From contig CAVOID010000007.1 of assembly GCA_963695875.1 (NCBI GenBank), positions 110,877 to 174,876 on the forward strand: DNA of 64,000 bases. Reading direction: 5' to 3'. Made by a program: the position numbers and the translations under genes. A model generated the notes under the pieces. The model was not told the origin of the DNA. It did not search any database and worked only from the letters and a program-made list of their open reading frames with translations. This document shows, one piece after another, positions 50,196 through 61,400 of this stretch. The stretch comes from an uncultured delta proteobacterium. Lineage in GTDB: Bacteria > Desulfobacterota > Syntrophia > Syntrophales > UBA2185. The number at the start of each line of letters is the position of its first letter. Positions within the stretch are counted from its first letter, which is position 1.

Positions 50196-52509
50196 ATGCA
50201 AAGAACAAATAGGAGCATCATAGATACTATCGGGAATACCCCCCTCGTGGAAATTCATAAGCTGAATCCTAACAATAAGGTTAAAATTTATGCGAAACTT
50301 GAGAGTTTCAATCCCGGGGGATCCGTAAAGGACAGGATAGCTCTTTATATGGTTAATGAAGCGGAAAAGAGGGGTGAACTGTCGAAGGGATAAGATCATT
50401 CTGGAGGCAACGAGTGGAAATACGGGTATCGGTCTTGCACTCATTGCTGCCGCCAAAGGGTTACAGATTGTGTCTGACTATGTCTGAATCCGTCAGTGAG
50501 GAAAGAAAAAAAATTCTTAAGGCGATGGGAGCAGAATTGTACTTAACGCCGGCAAATCTCGGTACAGATGGTGCCATCGAAGTTGCATACAATATGATGC
50601 TGCAGAATCCGGGAAAGTATTTTGGGACGGACCAGTTTAATAACTATGATAATATGATGGCGCATTATCATGGTACCGGTGAAGAGATCTGGCAGCAGAC
50701 GAGAGGAGCTGTGACAATGGTGGTGGCAACCCTCGGCACGACAGGGACAGCCATGGGAATTTCCAAGCGTCTTAAGGAATATAATCCTGAAATCCAGATC
50801 GTCGGAGTCGAGCCTTACCTGAAGCATAAAATCCAGGGGCTGAAGAATATGAAGGAATCTTACCGTCCCGGAATCTTTGACAAGAATAAGCTGGATGAGA
50901 AGATTAATATCCTCGATGAAGATGCGTTTGAAATGGCCAGAAAGCTGGCCCGGCAAGAGGGAATACTTGCAGGTATGAGTTCAGGTGCTGCCATGCATGT
51001 AGCTGTGCAGAAAGCCAGGGAAATGGATCATGGTTTCATCGTTGTGATTTTCCCTGACAGCGGTGAGCGGTATCTCAGCACCGAACTCTTTACCGATAAG
51101 GAACAATCTACGCTCCGTATATATAATACATTGACTAGGGAAAAGGAATTTTTCAAGCCGATTCAAGCCGAAGAGATCCTTATGCATTCGTGCGGTCCGA
51201 CTGTTCATGAAGTACCGCATGTCGGAAACTATCGCCGGTTTGTCGTTTCCGACATGGTGAGGCGCTATCTTGAGTTTAAGGATTATAAAGTCAAACACGT
51301 GATGAATATTATTGATCTGGGACGACAGGTCTATCAAAGAAGCGGAACAGGCCAATATGGAACTGTCCGTATATACGGAAAGATGTACAAATGAGTTTTT
51401 CAACGATATCGTGAAAATTGAATTTAATACAGGAAGAGATCTATCCCCGAGCAAGCAAAAATGTTGAGACCATGGTGAAGCTTGTTGAGAAACTTGTGGA
51501 AAAGGGTTATGCATATGAAAAATTGAGGTCTGTATACTTCGACATATCGAAGATCGATGATTACGGCCGTCTGTCACGTATTGACCTGAAAAAAGTTAAG
51601 GCCGGTAAAACGATTGATCTTGATGATTATGAAAAAGACAGCCCCATGGACTTTACTCTCCTGAAGCGATCTACTTTGAATGAATTAAAGAGGGGCATTT
51701 ATTTCAAGACCCGCTGGGGAAATGTAAGGCCGAGCTGGCATCTCGAATGTGCGGCCATTTCCCTTAGATATTTAGCGGATACCTTTGATATTCATGCCAG
51801 CGGAACGGATGTCGTCTTTCCACACTGTGAAAATATCATGGCCATTGGGAAAGCTGCCACAGGAAAGCGCATGGCGAACTACTGGATCAATACTGAACTG
51901 GTTATGGTGGACGGTAAAAAAATGTCCCGCTCCTTGAACAATGATAACACTATTGAAGATTTGGAAGGAATGGGATATGGCGGCAGGGATATAAGATTTT
52001 TTCTTTTGAATACGCACTATCGCAAGCCGCTCAATTTTTCTTATGGTGCCCTGGATACGGCAAAAAACACGGTCAGAAAATTGGATCGGTTTATTCAGCA
52101 ACTTATCCATTATACACCCGGTGACGGTTATCCTGATACTGATCAACTTATTTATGATGTTAAACAGAGATTTTCCGATGCCATGGATGATGATTTTAAT
52201 ATATCAGGTGCGCTGGCCGCGCTTTTTGAGTTTGTAAGGCAGATCCGCATTCCTCTTTCCCGCTGGCGATTGAGCGGGAAGGAAAGGAATGATGTGCTCG
52301 ATGTCATGAAAAGGATTGACAGTGTCCTTGGTATAATGAATTTTATGGAAGAGCCGTTGAGCGAGGAGGCATTAAAGCTTCTGAAAGAAAGAGAAGTCTT
52401 GAGGGCATCCGGTGACTGGGAAGCTTCAGATGAGATCAGGAAGAAACTCGGTGGGATGGGAATTGAGGTTTCCGATACCGTTTCTGGGATGATCTGGCGG
52501 TTGAAATAG
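50196..52509 (+). CDS. Cysteine synthase (CysM/K) - cysteinyl-tRNA synthetase-like fusion (about four frameshifts)
   Basis: [15 protein letters not shown] (PLP Lys), [17 protein letters not shown] read in frame into [21 protein letters not shown]; then WHLEC, FPH, KMSRS, HYRKPL and anticodon-domain SDEIR. Confidence 0.88.
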
Positions 52510-52541
52510 GACCCAACCGCCAAGTCTGAAAGGGGGATGTT

Positions 52542-53378
52542 GTGGAAAAGGACATTAGAAAGTCAGTTATTGCCGGGACCTGGTATCCGGGCAATCCCCG
52601 TATTCTGCGTGCAGATATAGAAGAATTTTTTCATAACGTACCTGATGAGAAAATCGAAGGAAAGATTATCGGCCTTATTGCTCCCCATGCAGGATATGTC
52701 TATTCAGGTCAGGTCGCTGCCTTTGCCTACAAAATCATCAGGGGAGAAACCTTTGACGCCGTAATACTATTGGGGCCGAGTCACAGAACTTTTTTCCACG
52801 GAGTTTCCGTATATGATAGAGGCGGATATGAAACTCCTTTAGGAGTTGCTTCCGTGGATGTATCATTAGCGAAAGATATTATGGCGCAAAGCAAAATGAT
52901 ATCCTACATACCGGCTGCTCACTCACAGGAGCACTCTTTGGAAATACAGGTTCCTTTTCTTCAGGTAGCCCTGAAAGAATTTCGCTTTGTGCCGCTCGTG
53001 CTGGGAGAGCAGGACCGTCAGACGTGCGATACACTAGCCGAAAGCATCGTCAGGGCTGTGGGTGATCGCCGGGTGTTGATTGTGGGAAGCTCTGATCTTT
53101 CGCATTTCCATTCGTATGAGAAGGCGGTAAAACTTGATTCTGTTGTGTTGAGACGTATAGAAAAGATGGATGCCGGGGGCTTGTTAAAAGATCTGGAAGA
53201 GAATGTTAGCGAAGCCTGCGGAGGGGGACCGGCTGCCGTAACCATGATGGTTTCCAAGATGTTAGGTGCAGACAGGACAAAAATATTGAAGTATGCAAAT
53301 TCGGGAGATGTGACGGGAGACAGAGGAAGCGTCGTCGGGTATGCCTCTGCGGTTTCTTATAAGGCCCGTAATCTTTAA
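52542..53378 (+). CDS. amrB: AmmeMemoRadiSam system protein B (MEMO family)
   Basis: AGTWYP, APHAGYVYSG, GPSH, EHSLE, SSDLSH, CG, VVGY. Confidence 0.92.
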   Translation: MEKDIRKSVIAGTWYPGNPRILRADIEEFFHNVPDEKIEGKIIGLIAPHAGYVYSGQVAAFAYKIIRGETFDAVILLGPSHRTFFHGVSVYDRGGYETPLGVASVDVSLAKDIMAQSKMISYIPAAHSQEHSLEIQVPFLQVALKEFRFVPLVLGEQDRQTCDTLAESIVRAVGDRRVLIVGSSDLSHFHSYEKAVKLDSVVLRRIEKMDAGGLLKDLEENVSEACGGGPAAVTMMVSKMLGADRTKILKYANSGDVTGDRGSVVGYASAVSYKARNL

Positions 53379-53404
53379 GTCATATTGCGGTCAGGGGGAA
53401 TATC

Positions 53405-53944
53405 ATGATGCTGACGGAATTGGAAAAAAAATCACTTATTGATATAGCGAAAACAACGATAGAAGGCAGGCTCACAGGCAAGGGTATCTCTGAACCACAT
53501 GTTGAATCGGAGGTACTGAAGCAAAAGAGTGGAGCCTTTGTAACTCTTAAGAAACATGGGCGTCTGAGAGGCTGTATCGGTTACATCGAGGCGAGAAAGC
53601 CTCTTTACAAAACTGTGGCAGAAATGGCTATGGCGGCGGCCTTCAATGATCCGCGTTTTCCTCCTCTGAAGCCTGAGGAGTTAACGCATATAACTCTTGA
53701 GATATCCGTACTCAGCCCATTGAAAGAAATTAAGGATATCAAGGAAATAGAAGTAGGTATCCATGGCCTTTACATTACCAAAGGATATAATTCTGGCCTT
53801 CTGCTTCCCCAGGTTGCTACAGAATATAAATGGGATAGTTTGACTTTTCTTAAGGAAACCTGTTATAAGGCCGGCCTTCATCCGGATGCGTGGAAAGATA
53901 AAGATACACGGATTTATATATTTTCCGCAGATGTTTTTGACTAA
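53405..53944 (+). CDS. amrA: AmmeMemoRadiSam system protein A (AMMECR1 domain)
   Basis: GAFVTL, LRGCIG, DPRFPP, EISVLS, GLLLPQV. Confidence 0.92.
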   Translation: MMLTELEKKSLIDIAKTTIEGRLTGKGISEPHVESEVLKQKSGAFVTLKKHGRLRGCIGYIEARKPLYKTVAEMAMAAAFNDPRFPPLKPEELTHITLEISVLSPLKEIKDIKEIEVGIHGLYITKGYNSGLLLPQVATEYKWDSLTFLKETCYKAGLHPDAWKDKDTRIYIFSADVFD

Positions 53945-54088
53945 TATAAGTTATATTATAAATTAATGGATATTTGAGAGCTTTACTAAAGGGGTTCATC
54001 TTGTCTCAAAAATCTTCCCCCCAAAATCTTTGATAGTATCAGCTGTGCAAATATATCAATGCAATAAAAAATAAGATAAAAATTTATA

Positions 54089-54117
54089 TTGACAAATTTC
54101 TTTATTGAAATTAAAAT
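54089..54117 (+). promoter_or_regulatory. Sigma70 promoter of the tRNA/ribosomal cluster
   Basis: TTGACA-N17-TAAAAT preceded by an A-rich UP-like tract. Confidence 0.75.
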
Positions 54118-54203
54118 TAAGAGTTCGTTTTATGGGAAAATATTGTACTACTCTTTTTTTAAGTCGAATGCCTGTATGTTGTGAAATTCTGAGTAGTCAG
54201 TCG

Positions 54204-54279
54204 GCTGGCGTAGCTCAACAGGTAGAGCAGCTGATTTGTAATCAGCAGGTTGCGGGTTCGAGTCCCATCGCCAGCTCCA
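54204..54279 (+). tRNA. tRNA-Thr (TGT)
   Basis: gctggcg/cgccagc acceptor stem, ctgat-tTGTa-atcag, CCA end. Confidence 0.95.
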
Positions 54280-54298
54280 GTATTCGGTTATACAATCT

Positions 54299-54383
<85 letters not shown>

Positions 54384-54442
54384 GGTAATTGTATCGAGCA
54401 AGAATTTTTGAAGGATGGCCTTCAGGATTTTTTCCATAACGA

Positions 54443-54518
54443 GCGGGAGTAGCTCAGTGGCTAGAGCGTCAGCCTTCCAAGCTGAGGGTCGCGGGTTCGA
54501 ATCCCGTTTCCCGCTCCA
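54443..54518 (+). tRNA. tRNA-Gly (TCC)
   Basis: tcagc-ctTCCaa-gctga, CCA end. Confidence 0.95.
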
Positions 54519-54630
54519 TTATTGGATTTCTACTAATTGAACTCCTTATGTAATTAGATTTCTAAATTACGAATCACTGAGCAGAGAGTAATGGGTAAGT
54601 AAAGTATTGAGAGGATGTTATTAACAAATT

Positions 54631-54706
54631 GCCCACGTAGCTCAGTCGGTAGAGCACATCCTTGGTAAGGATGAGGTCACCAGTTCAATCCTGGTCGTGG
54701 GCTCCA
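54631..54706 (+). tRNA. tRNA-Thr (GGT)
   Basis: catcc-ttGGTaa-ggatg, CCA end. Confidence 0.95.
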
Positions 54707-54728
54707 TTCTGATAGAAGTAGGTTAATT

Positions 54729-54878
54729 ATGAGAAATATTATTACCTTGGCCTGTACGGAATGTAAGCAAAGAAATTATACAACGACGAAAAATAAACGT
54801 ACAATGCAGAATCGTCTGGAATTAAAAAAATACTGTAAATTTTGTCGGTCTCATAAGATTCACAGGGAAACAAAATAA
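54729..54878 (+). CDS. rpmG: 50S ribosomal protein L33 (zinc-ribbon form; not in ORF track)
   Basis: Hand translation [49 protein letters not shown]. Confidence 0.96.
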   Translation: MRNIITLACTECKQRNYTTTKNKRTMQNRLELKKYCKFCRSHKIHRETK

Positions 54879-54914
54879 CTTATTGTTCATAGAGAGTATG
54901 CAGCTGTAATAAAC

Positions 54915-54991
54915 AGGCCAGTAGCTCTAATGGATAGAGCGCCGGACTCCAAATCCGGATGCTGGGGGTTCGAGTCCCTCCTGGCCTGCCA
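54915..54991 (+). tRNA. tRNA-Trp (CCA)
   Basis: ccgga-ctCCAaa-tccgg, CCA end, upstream of secE. Confidence 0.95.
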
Positions 54992-55112
54992 TTTTATTTA
55001 TCTCTCGCTGAATGGCGGGTACTAAGGTATAATTTGAAGAAAGATATCAAAGCAGAGTTGAGGGGAAATCCTTCAAAGAGAGACCTTTTGCAGAGATCTC
55101 GGGATTGTATCG

Positions 55113-55316
55113 ATGGATAAGATAAAATTGATTACGGAAAAAGTAATACGGTTTTTAAAAGAAGCAAAAGGTGAATTGAAAAAAGTAACATGGCCGACTC
55201 CCAAACAAACCCTTGCTTCTACATCTGTGGTGATTATTGTTGTGATAATTGTGTCCATATTTCTCGGTATTGTGGATTTTGGATTGGCCAAAGTGATAAG
55301 GCTGGTTTTGGGTTAG
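55113..55316 (+). CDS. secE: Preprotein translocase SecE
   Basis: ELKKVTWP plus one TM helix. Confidence 0.95.
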   Translation: MDKIKLITEKVIRFLKEAKGELKKVTWPTPKQTLASTSVVIIVVIIVSIFLGIVDFGLAKVIRLVLG

Positions 55317-55319
55317 AAT

Positions 55320-55850
55320 ATGGCTTTTAAATGGTATGTCGTTCATACGTATTCTGGATTTGAGAACAGGGTTAAACTCTCCCTGCTGGAAAGAATAGAA
55401 GCAGCGGGAATGCAGGAATACTTTTCCGATATTCTCATTCCTGAAGAAGATATCGTTGAACTGGTTTCCGGTGAGAAGAAGACATCCAAGAGGAAATTCT
55501 TTCCTGGCTATATCCTAGTTAAAATGGAGATGAATGACGATACATGGCATATCGTCAAGGGTACACCCAAGGTGACAGGATTTATCGGGGGTAAGGATAA
55601 ACCATCACCAATTCCTGATAAGGATGTAGAAAACCTGAAGACCAGGATTAATGAAGGAACCTTAAAACCGAAGCCAAAATTCAGGTTTGAAATCGGTGAT
55701 CACGTGAGGATTATCGATGGTCCATTTACGAACTTTGATGGGGTTGTCGATGAGGTTAAGCCGGAGAAAGGGAAGTTAAGGGTTATTGTCAGTATATTTG
55801 GCAGGTCAACACCGGTTGAACTGGATTTTATCCAGGTTATTCAGAGTTGA
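55320..55850 (+). CDS. nusG: Transcription factor NusG
   Basis: WYVVHTYSG, FPGY, KOW GPF, SIFGR. Confidence 0.97.
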   Translation: MAFKWYVVHTYSGFENRVKLSLLERIEAAGMQEYFSDILIPEEDIVELVSGEKKTSKRKFFPGYILVKMEMNDDTWHIVKGTPKVTGFIGGKDKPSPIPDKDVENLKTRINEGTLKPKPKFRFEIGDHVRIIDGPFTNFDGVVDEVKPEKGKLRVIVSIFGRSTPVELDFIQVIQS

Positions 55851-55897
55851 TAAATAGGATGATTTTAGTATAAAATAATAGAATTAGGGTAATTACA

Positions 55898-56323
55898 ATG
55901 GCAAAAAAGGTTATAGCGAGTATAAAACTTCAGATTAAGGCAGGTAAAGCGACTCCATCACCTCCTATAGGGCCTGCCCTGGGTCAGCACGGGGTTAATA
56001 TAATGGAGTTCTGTAAGGCATACAATGCCATGACGCAAAACCAGGAAGGGATGGTTATTCCTGTCGTTATAACGGTGTATGCTGATCGATCGTTTACCTT
56101 TGTTACCAAGACGCCGCCGGCTTCTGTGCTTCTCAAGCAGGCTGCCAAGATTGCAAAGGGTTCTGGAGATCCGAGGAGAGAAAAAGTTGGCACTGTAACG
56201 GCAAAACAGGTTAGGGAAATCGCTGAATTAAAATATAATGACCTAAATGCTGTTGATATAGATGGAGCAATTAGAATCATTGAAGGTACGGCCAGGTCAA
56301 TGGGTATTGAAATAGCAGGATAA
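55898..56323 (+). CDS. rplK: 50S ribosomal protein L11
   Basis: [18 protein letters not shown]. Confidence 0.97.
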   Translation: MAKKVIASIKLQIKAGKATPSPPIGPALGQHGVNIMEFCKAYNAMTQNQEGMVIPVVITVYADRSFTFVTKTPPASVLLKQAAKIAKGSGDPRREKVGTVTAKQVREIAELKYNDLNAVDIDGAIRIIEGTARSMGIEIAG

Positions 56324-56436
56324 ATTCTGGGATGCTTTCCCAAAGTCAACCCTGCGGAGCCGGGTATGAAGTTCGTTTTTCTCTTCGCAGGAAGCCCAGC
56401 CCTGTGAATTAGGTAGAGTCAATTAGAGGTTTAGAT

Positions 56437-57135
56437 ATGTTTAAAAGAGGCAAAAAATTTATTGAAGCAAAGAAGAAGGTTGAACCGGGGAAGCGGTATG
56501 CCCTGAAGGAGGCGGCAGAATTGGTCGTCAGTACGGCAAGAGCAAAGTTTGATGAAACCGTCGATGCAGCCATTCGGCTGGGAGTAAGTCCTCAGCATGC
56601 CGACCAGATGGTCAGAGGGAGTGTTGTCTTGCCAAATGGATTGGGGAAATCAGTCAGAGTGCTGGTTTTTGCAAAAGGAGAAAAAGAAAAGGAGGCCCTT
56701 GATGCAGGGGCCGATATGGTCGGTTCAGATGATATCATTGAAAAGATCAAAGGAGGATGGCTTGAGTTTGACAGGGTAATTGCCACACCGGATATGATGG
56801 GCAGTGTTGGAAAACTGGGTAAGATTTTGGGGCCCCGCGGATTGATGCCCAATCCAAAAGTAGGTACGGTCACCTTTGATGTGGCAAGGGCTGTTAATGA
56901 ACTGAAATCCGGTAAGGTTGAATTTCGTGTGGAAAAAGCGGGTATTGTGCACTGTCCGGTGGGAAAGGTTTCTTTTGGATCTGATAAGTTATCAGAAAAT
57001 ATCAGTGCACTTTTAGAAGCTATTATAAAGCTGAAACCGGCGTCCAGTAAAGGGACATACCTCAAGGGAATATCAATTTCCACCACTATGGGACCAGGAG
57101 TAAAAGTTGATCCCTTGGATGTGAGAAATATTTAA
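56437..57135 (+). CDS. rplA: 50S ribosomal protein L1
   Basis: [24 protein letters not shown]. Confidence 0.97.
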   Translation: MFKRGKKFIEAKKKVEPGKRYALKEAAELVVSTARAKFDETVDAAIRLGVSPQHADQMVRGSVVLPNGLGKSVRVLVFAKGEKEKEALDAGADMVGSDDIIEKIKGGWLEFDRVIATPDMMGSVGKLGKILGPRGLMPNPKVGTVTFDVARAVNELKSGKVEFRVEKAGIVHCPVGKVSFGSDKLSENISALLEAIIKLKPASSKGTYLKGISISTTMGPGVKVDPLDVRNI

Positions 57136-57207
57136 AATAGAATAAGTATTTAAAACATGTCCTGATAGTTTTAAGTGGGACAGAGGTTAAGGTTAAACGA
57201 TTTAATA

Positions 57208-57342
57208 AAAGTCTGAGACAGCAGGTACAGGAGTTTAAACGATTTAGTCGGCCTGCCGAGACCACTGAATGATTTCAGAATTACTGTTGTTATGGTCATT
57301 TATGTTTAATATCTCCTGTATTATGCATAGTTCTCTGACTTT
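57208..57342 (+). ncRNA. L10 ribosomal protein leader
   Basis: gtctgagacagcagg...ttaa...cctgccgagac core upstream of rplJ; aaagtctgaga can pair with tctctgacttt. Confidence 0.75.
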
Positions 57343-57377
57343 CAATTTAATGCATATTGAGGAAAGGAGGTTAATGA

Positions 57378-57923
57378 TTGGATCGGAGAACAAAGGAAAA
57401 AGTTGTAGCTGAGCTTCAAGAGCAAATCAAGGATACTAAATTGGCTGTTCTTACCGGTTATACGGGTATGAATGTTGAAAAGATGACTGCCTTGAGGAAT
57501 ACCTTGCGAAAATCAGGTACCGAATTCAGGGTACTAAAAAACACACTCTTCGGAATTGCATCCAAGGATACCGATTTTAGTAAGTTAGAAGAGTATTTCA
57601 AGGGACCTTTGGCAATAGCCTTGAATCGCGGAGATGTGGTTGGACCGGCAAAGTTGCTGGTTGAGTTTGCCAAAAAGAATGCTGAACTGGAAATCAGGGC
57701 AGGCATACTGGATGGTAAGCTTATCAGTAAAGAACAGATTAGTGCTCTGGCGGAATTGCCGGGTAGAGAAGTACTTCTTGGGAAACTTCTTTCCGTTATG
57801 GTAGGAGTTCAGGCTTCGCTTGTTAACGTGTTGAGCGGTGTACCGAGAAGTTTTATTTGTGTTCTTGACGCCTATCGGGCAAAAAAAGAATCAAGGAATT
57901 TAAAATATACAGGAGAGGATTAA
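57378..57923 (+). CDS. rplJ: 50S ribosomal protein L10
   Basis: [16 protein letters not shown]; position between rplA and rplL. Confidence 0.94.
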   Translation: MDRRTKEKVVAELQEQIKDTKLAVLTGYTGMNVEKMTALRNTLRKSGTEFRVLKNTLFGIASKDTDFSKLEEYFKGPLAIALNRGDVVGPAKLLVEFAKKNAELEIRAGILDGKLISKEQISALAELPGREVLLGKLLSVMVGVQASLVNVLSGVPRSFICVLDAYRAKKESRNLKYTGED

Positions 57924-57928
57924 GAAAA

Positions 57929-58315
57929 ATGGCCAGTAAAATTACAAAAGATGATGTTGTAAAATTTATTGAGGAAATGACGGTTCTTGAACTTTCTGAG
58001 TTGGTAAAGGAACTGGAAGAAAAATTTGGCGTATCTGCAGCAGCACCTGTAGCCGTAGCTCAAGTCTCCGCGGGGAAAGAACAGGCTGCCCCGACGGAGG
58101 AGAAAACAGAATTTGATGCTATGCTGACCGGATTTGGCGATCAGAAAATTCAGGTGATTAAAGTTGTCAGGGCTATTACCAGTTTGGGGCTTAAAGAAGC
58201 CAAAGACTTGGTGGATGGTGTGCCAAAGCCTATTAAAGAGGGTGTTTCGAAAGAAGAGGCAGCGGATATAAAGAAAAAAATAGAGGAAGTTGGAGGTACC
58301 GTAGAAATTAAATAG
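57929..58315 (+). CDS. rplL: 50S ribosomal protein L7/L12
   Basis: [26 protein letters not shown]. Confidence 0.97.
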   Translation: MASKITKDDVVKFIEEMTVLELSELVKELEEKFGVSAAAPVAVAQVSAGKEQAAPTEEKTEFDAMLTGFGDQKIQVIKVVRAITSLGLKEAKDLVDGVPKPIKEGVSKEEAADIKKKIEEVGGTVEIK

Positions 58316-58413
58316 ACGTAAGCAAGACATAAGAAGAATGATTGCGATAAGGTGATGATAATAATCGATAATGTGTTTGTAAGGTATAAACTTTCATAAC
58401 ACAAAAGGATAAT

Positions 58414-61400
58414 ATGAGTGAGTTTAGAAAAAATTTTGGCCGTATAAAAAAAATATTAGATATACCAAATCTAATTGATATCCAGAAGAAGTCCTACGAA
58501 AAATTTCTTCAGAAGGATGTAGATCCGTTGAAAAGGGGTAACTTTGGACTTCAGGGTGCATTCAGGAGCGTTTTTCCCGATCTCTGACTTTAGCGGTAAA
58601 TGTTCACTGGAATTTGTAAGTTACAAGATCGGGGACGTCAGATATGATGTGAAGGAATGCGTCCAGAAGGGTATGACCTATGCGGCTCCCCTGAAGATTG
58701 TGGTAAGACTGGTTGTTTTTGATGCCGATCGTGGCACCGGGCAAAAAACAATCCGGGATATCAAGGAACAGGAGATCTACTTCGGAGAAATCCCATTGAT
58801 GACAGATAACGGCACCTTCATTATGAATGGTACGGAAAGGGTCATTGTCAGTCAGCTTCATAGATCACCGGGTATATTCTTTGATCACGATAAAGGGAAA
58901 ACCCTTGCCAGTGGAAAACTTATTTATTCCGCAAGGATCATACCTATCAGGGGTTCGTGGCTGGATTTTGAATTTGATTCCAAAGACCTCCTTTATGTCA
59001 GGATCGACAGGCGGAGAAAGATGCCTGTGACTATTCTTTTTAAGGGTATGGGGAACGCTACGGAGTTCCTCCTTAGGTATTTTTACAACATTGAAAAGGT
59101 CTTCATAGAAGATAATAAACTTTATATGGTTGTGGACGAATCTCTCATAGGAGAGAAAGCCCTGGAGGATGTCAAAGAATCTCGAACCGGTGAAGTCATC
59201 ATTAAAAAGATGAGAAGGCTTACCAAAGCTCACATCAAAAGAATGGCGGAACTGAACATCAGTCGGATACAGATCAAGGACGTCGATATAATCGGGAAGA
59301 TTCTTGCTTCCAATGTGATGGACCCAGAAACAGGCGAAGTATTGTTGAGGTGTAATGAAGAGCTGACACTTGAGGATCTGGAACGAGTGCGTGAAAGAGG
59401 AATTCGGGAGCTTCAGTTTATTTACATTGATGAGGAAAGGTCAAATGCTTCCATTAGGGATACCCTTCTGATTGACAAGATTGAAACTACCGAAGACGCG
59501 ATAATAGAGATATACAGAAGACTTCGACCGAGTAATCCACCTACGCCGGAAACGGCGCATAAGTTTTTCAACGGTCTCTTTTTTGATCCTACTAGTTACG
59601 ACCTTTCGGATGTGGGAAGAGCCAAGATGAATTACAAGCTTCGCCTTGATGTCCCCATAGAGACAACAGTCTTGCGAAATGAGGATATTCTGGCTGCTGT
59701 TAAATATCTGATCGATCTAAAGAACGGCGTTGGTGACTGCAGCGTCGATGATATTGATCACCTGGGCAACCGAAGAGTCAGATCAGTGGGAGAGCTTATC
59801 GAAAATCAATATCGGATAGGTTTGGTAAGAATTGAAAGGGCCATTAAGGAGAGAATGAGCCTCCAGGACATCGAAACCATGATGCCCCATGAGCTCATCA
59901 ATGCCAAGCCGGTTTCTGCTGTCGTAAATGAGTTTCTTGGGAGCAGTCAACTTTCTCAGTTTATGGATCAGACAAATCCACTTTCTGAGATTACCCATAA
60001 AAGAAGGCTTTCCGCTCTAGGTCCTGGCGGTCTCACTCGTGAAAGAGCCGGATTTGAGGTCAGAGATGTGCATCCCACACATTACGGTCGTATCTGCCCG
60101 GTTGAGACACCGGAAGGTCCCAATATTGGTCTGATTGTTTCTCTCAGCACATATGCAAGGGTAAATGCATTTGGTTTTATAGAAACACCTTTCAGGGTTG
60201 TTAAAGAAGGAAAGGTCCTTGATGAAGTTCGTTATCTGACAGCTATCGAGGAGGAAAAGTACATCATAGCACCGGCAGACAGTCCCCTTGATGCGAAAGG
60301 AAGATTTATCGGAGAGCTGGTTTCTGCCAGAAAAGGTAGTGATTTCATCTCGGTCCCACCAACTGAGATAAGCCTGATGGATGTATCGCCCGATCAGCTT
60401 GTCAGTATTGCAGCTGCTTCAATCCCATTTCTGGAGCACGATGACGCCAACCGCGCACTCATGGGTTCCAACATGCAGCGACAGGCAGTTCCCCTCTTAA
60501 GACCCGAGGTGCCCCTGGTGGGAACGGGGATGGAATCTATTGTTGCAAGGGATTCAGGTGCAGTTGTCGTGGCGAGACGCCCCGGAGTTGTTGAGCATGT
60601 AGACGCTTCAAGGATTGTGGTCAAATGCGACGGAGACGGAAAGGACGAACTTGATACAGGAGTTGATATCTATAATCTTGTAAAATATCAACGTTCGAAC
60701 CAGGATACCTGCTTTAACCAGAAGCCCATTGTTAATAAGGGAGATCAGGTCCGTATGGGCGACATAATAGCTGATGGGCCTGCTACCGATGCCGGAGAAC
60801 TTGCATTGGGGCGAAATGTAATGGTCGCGTTCATGTCCTGGGGAGGATACAATTATGAGGATTCCATATTGGTCAGTGAAAGGCTCATAAAAGACGATAT
60901 CTATACATCAATTCACATCGAAGAATTCGAGACCATGGCGAGAGACACGAAACTTGGAAAGGAGGAAATAACAAGGGATATTCCTAATGTAGGAGATGAA
61001 GCCCTCAGAAACCTTGATGAAAGCGGGATCGTCAGGATGGGGGTGTTCGTAAAGTCTGGGGATATTCTTGTGGGGAAGATCACTCCGAAAGGAGAGACTC
61101 AATTATCGCCGGAAGAGAAACTGCTGCGCGCCATATTTGGTGAAAAGGCAAGTGATGTCCGGGATACATCTCTCCGGGTTCCCCCTGGTGTTGAAGGTAC
61201 TGTTATAGACGCTAAAGTATTCACCAGAAAAGGTGCCGAAAGAGACCATAGATCACAATCTATTGAAGATGAAGCTATGAGAGATTTATTGAAAGACCGG
61301 GATGATGAAATCAGGATTATCACTGAAAGTGTGAAAAAAAATATTGCCGGCATGCTTCTGGGAAAAACATCTGCATCAAAGTTGGTAGATCCAAAGAAGA

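Noticed and set aside
57890..57923. Extended C-terminus of L10 running over the rplL RBS
   Set aside because: Removing one T from aattt gives a TAA at the expected position; probably an indel.
59920..60030. Rifampicin-resistance substitutions in rpoB
   Set aside because: Cluster I reads [29 protein letters not shown], the usual sensitive-type residues.
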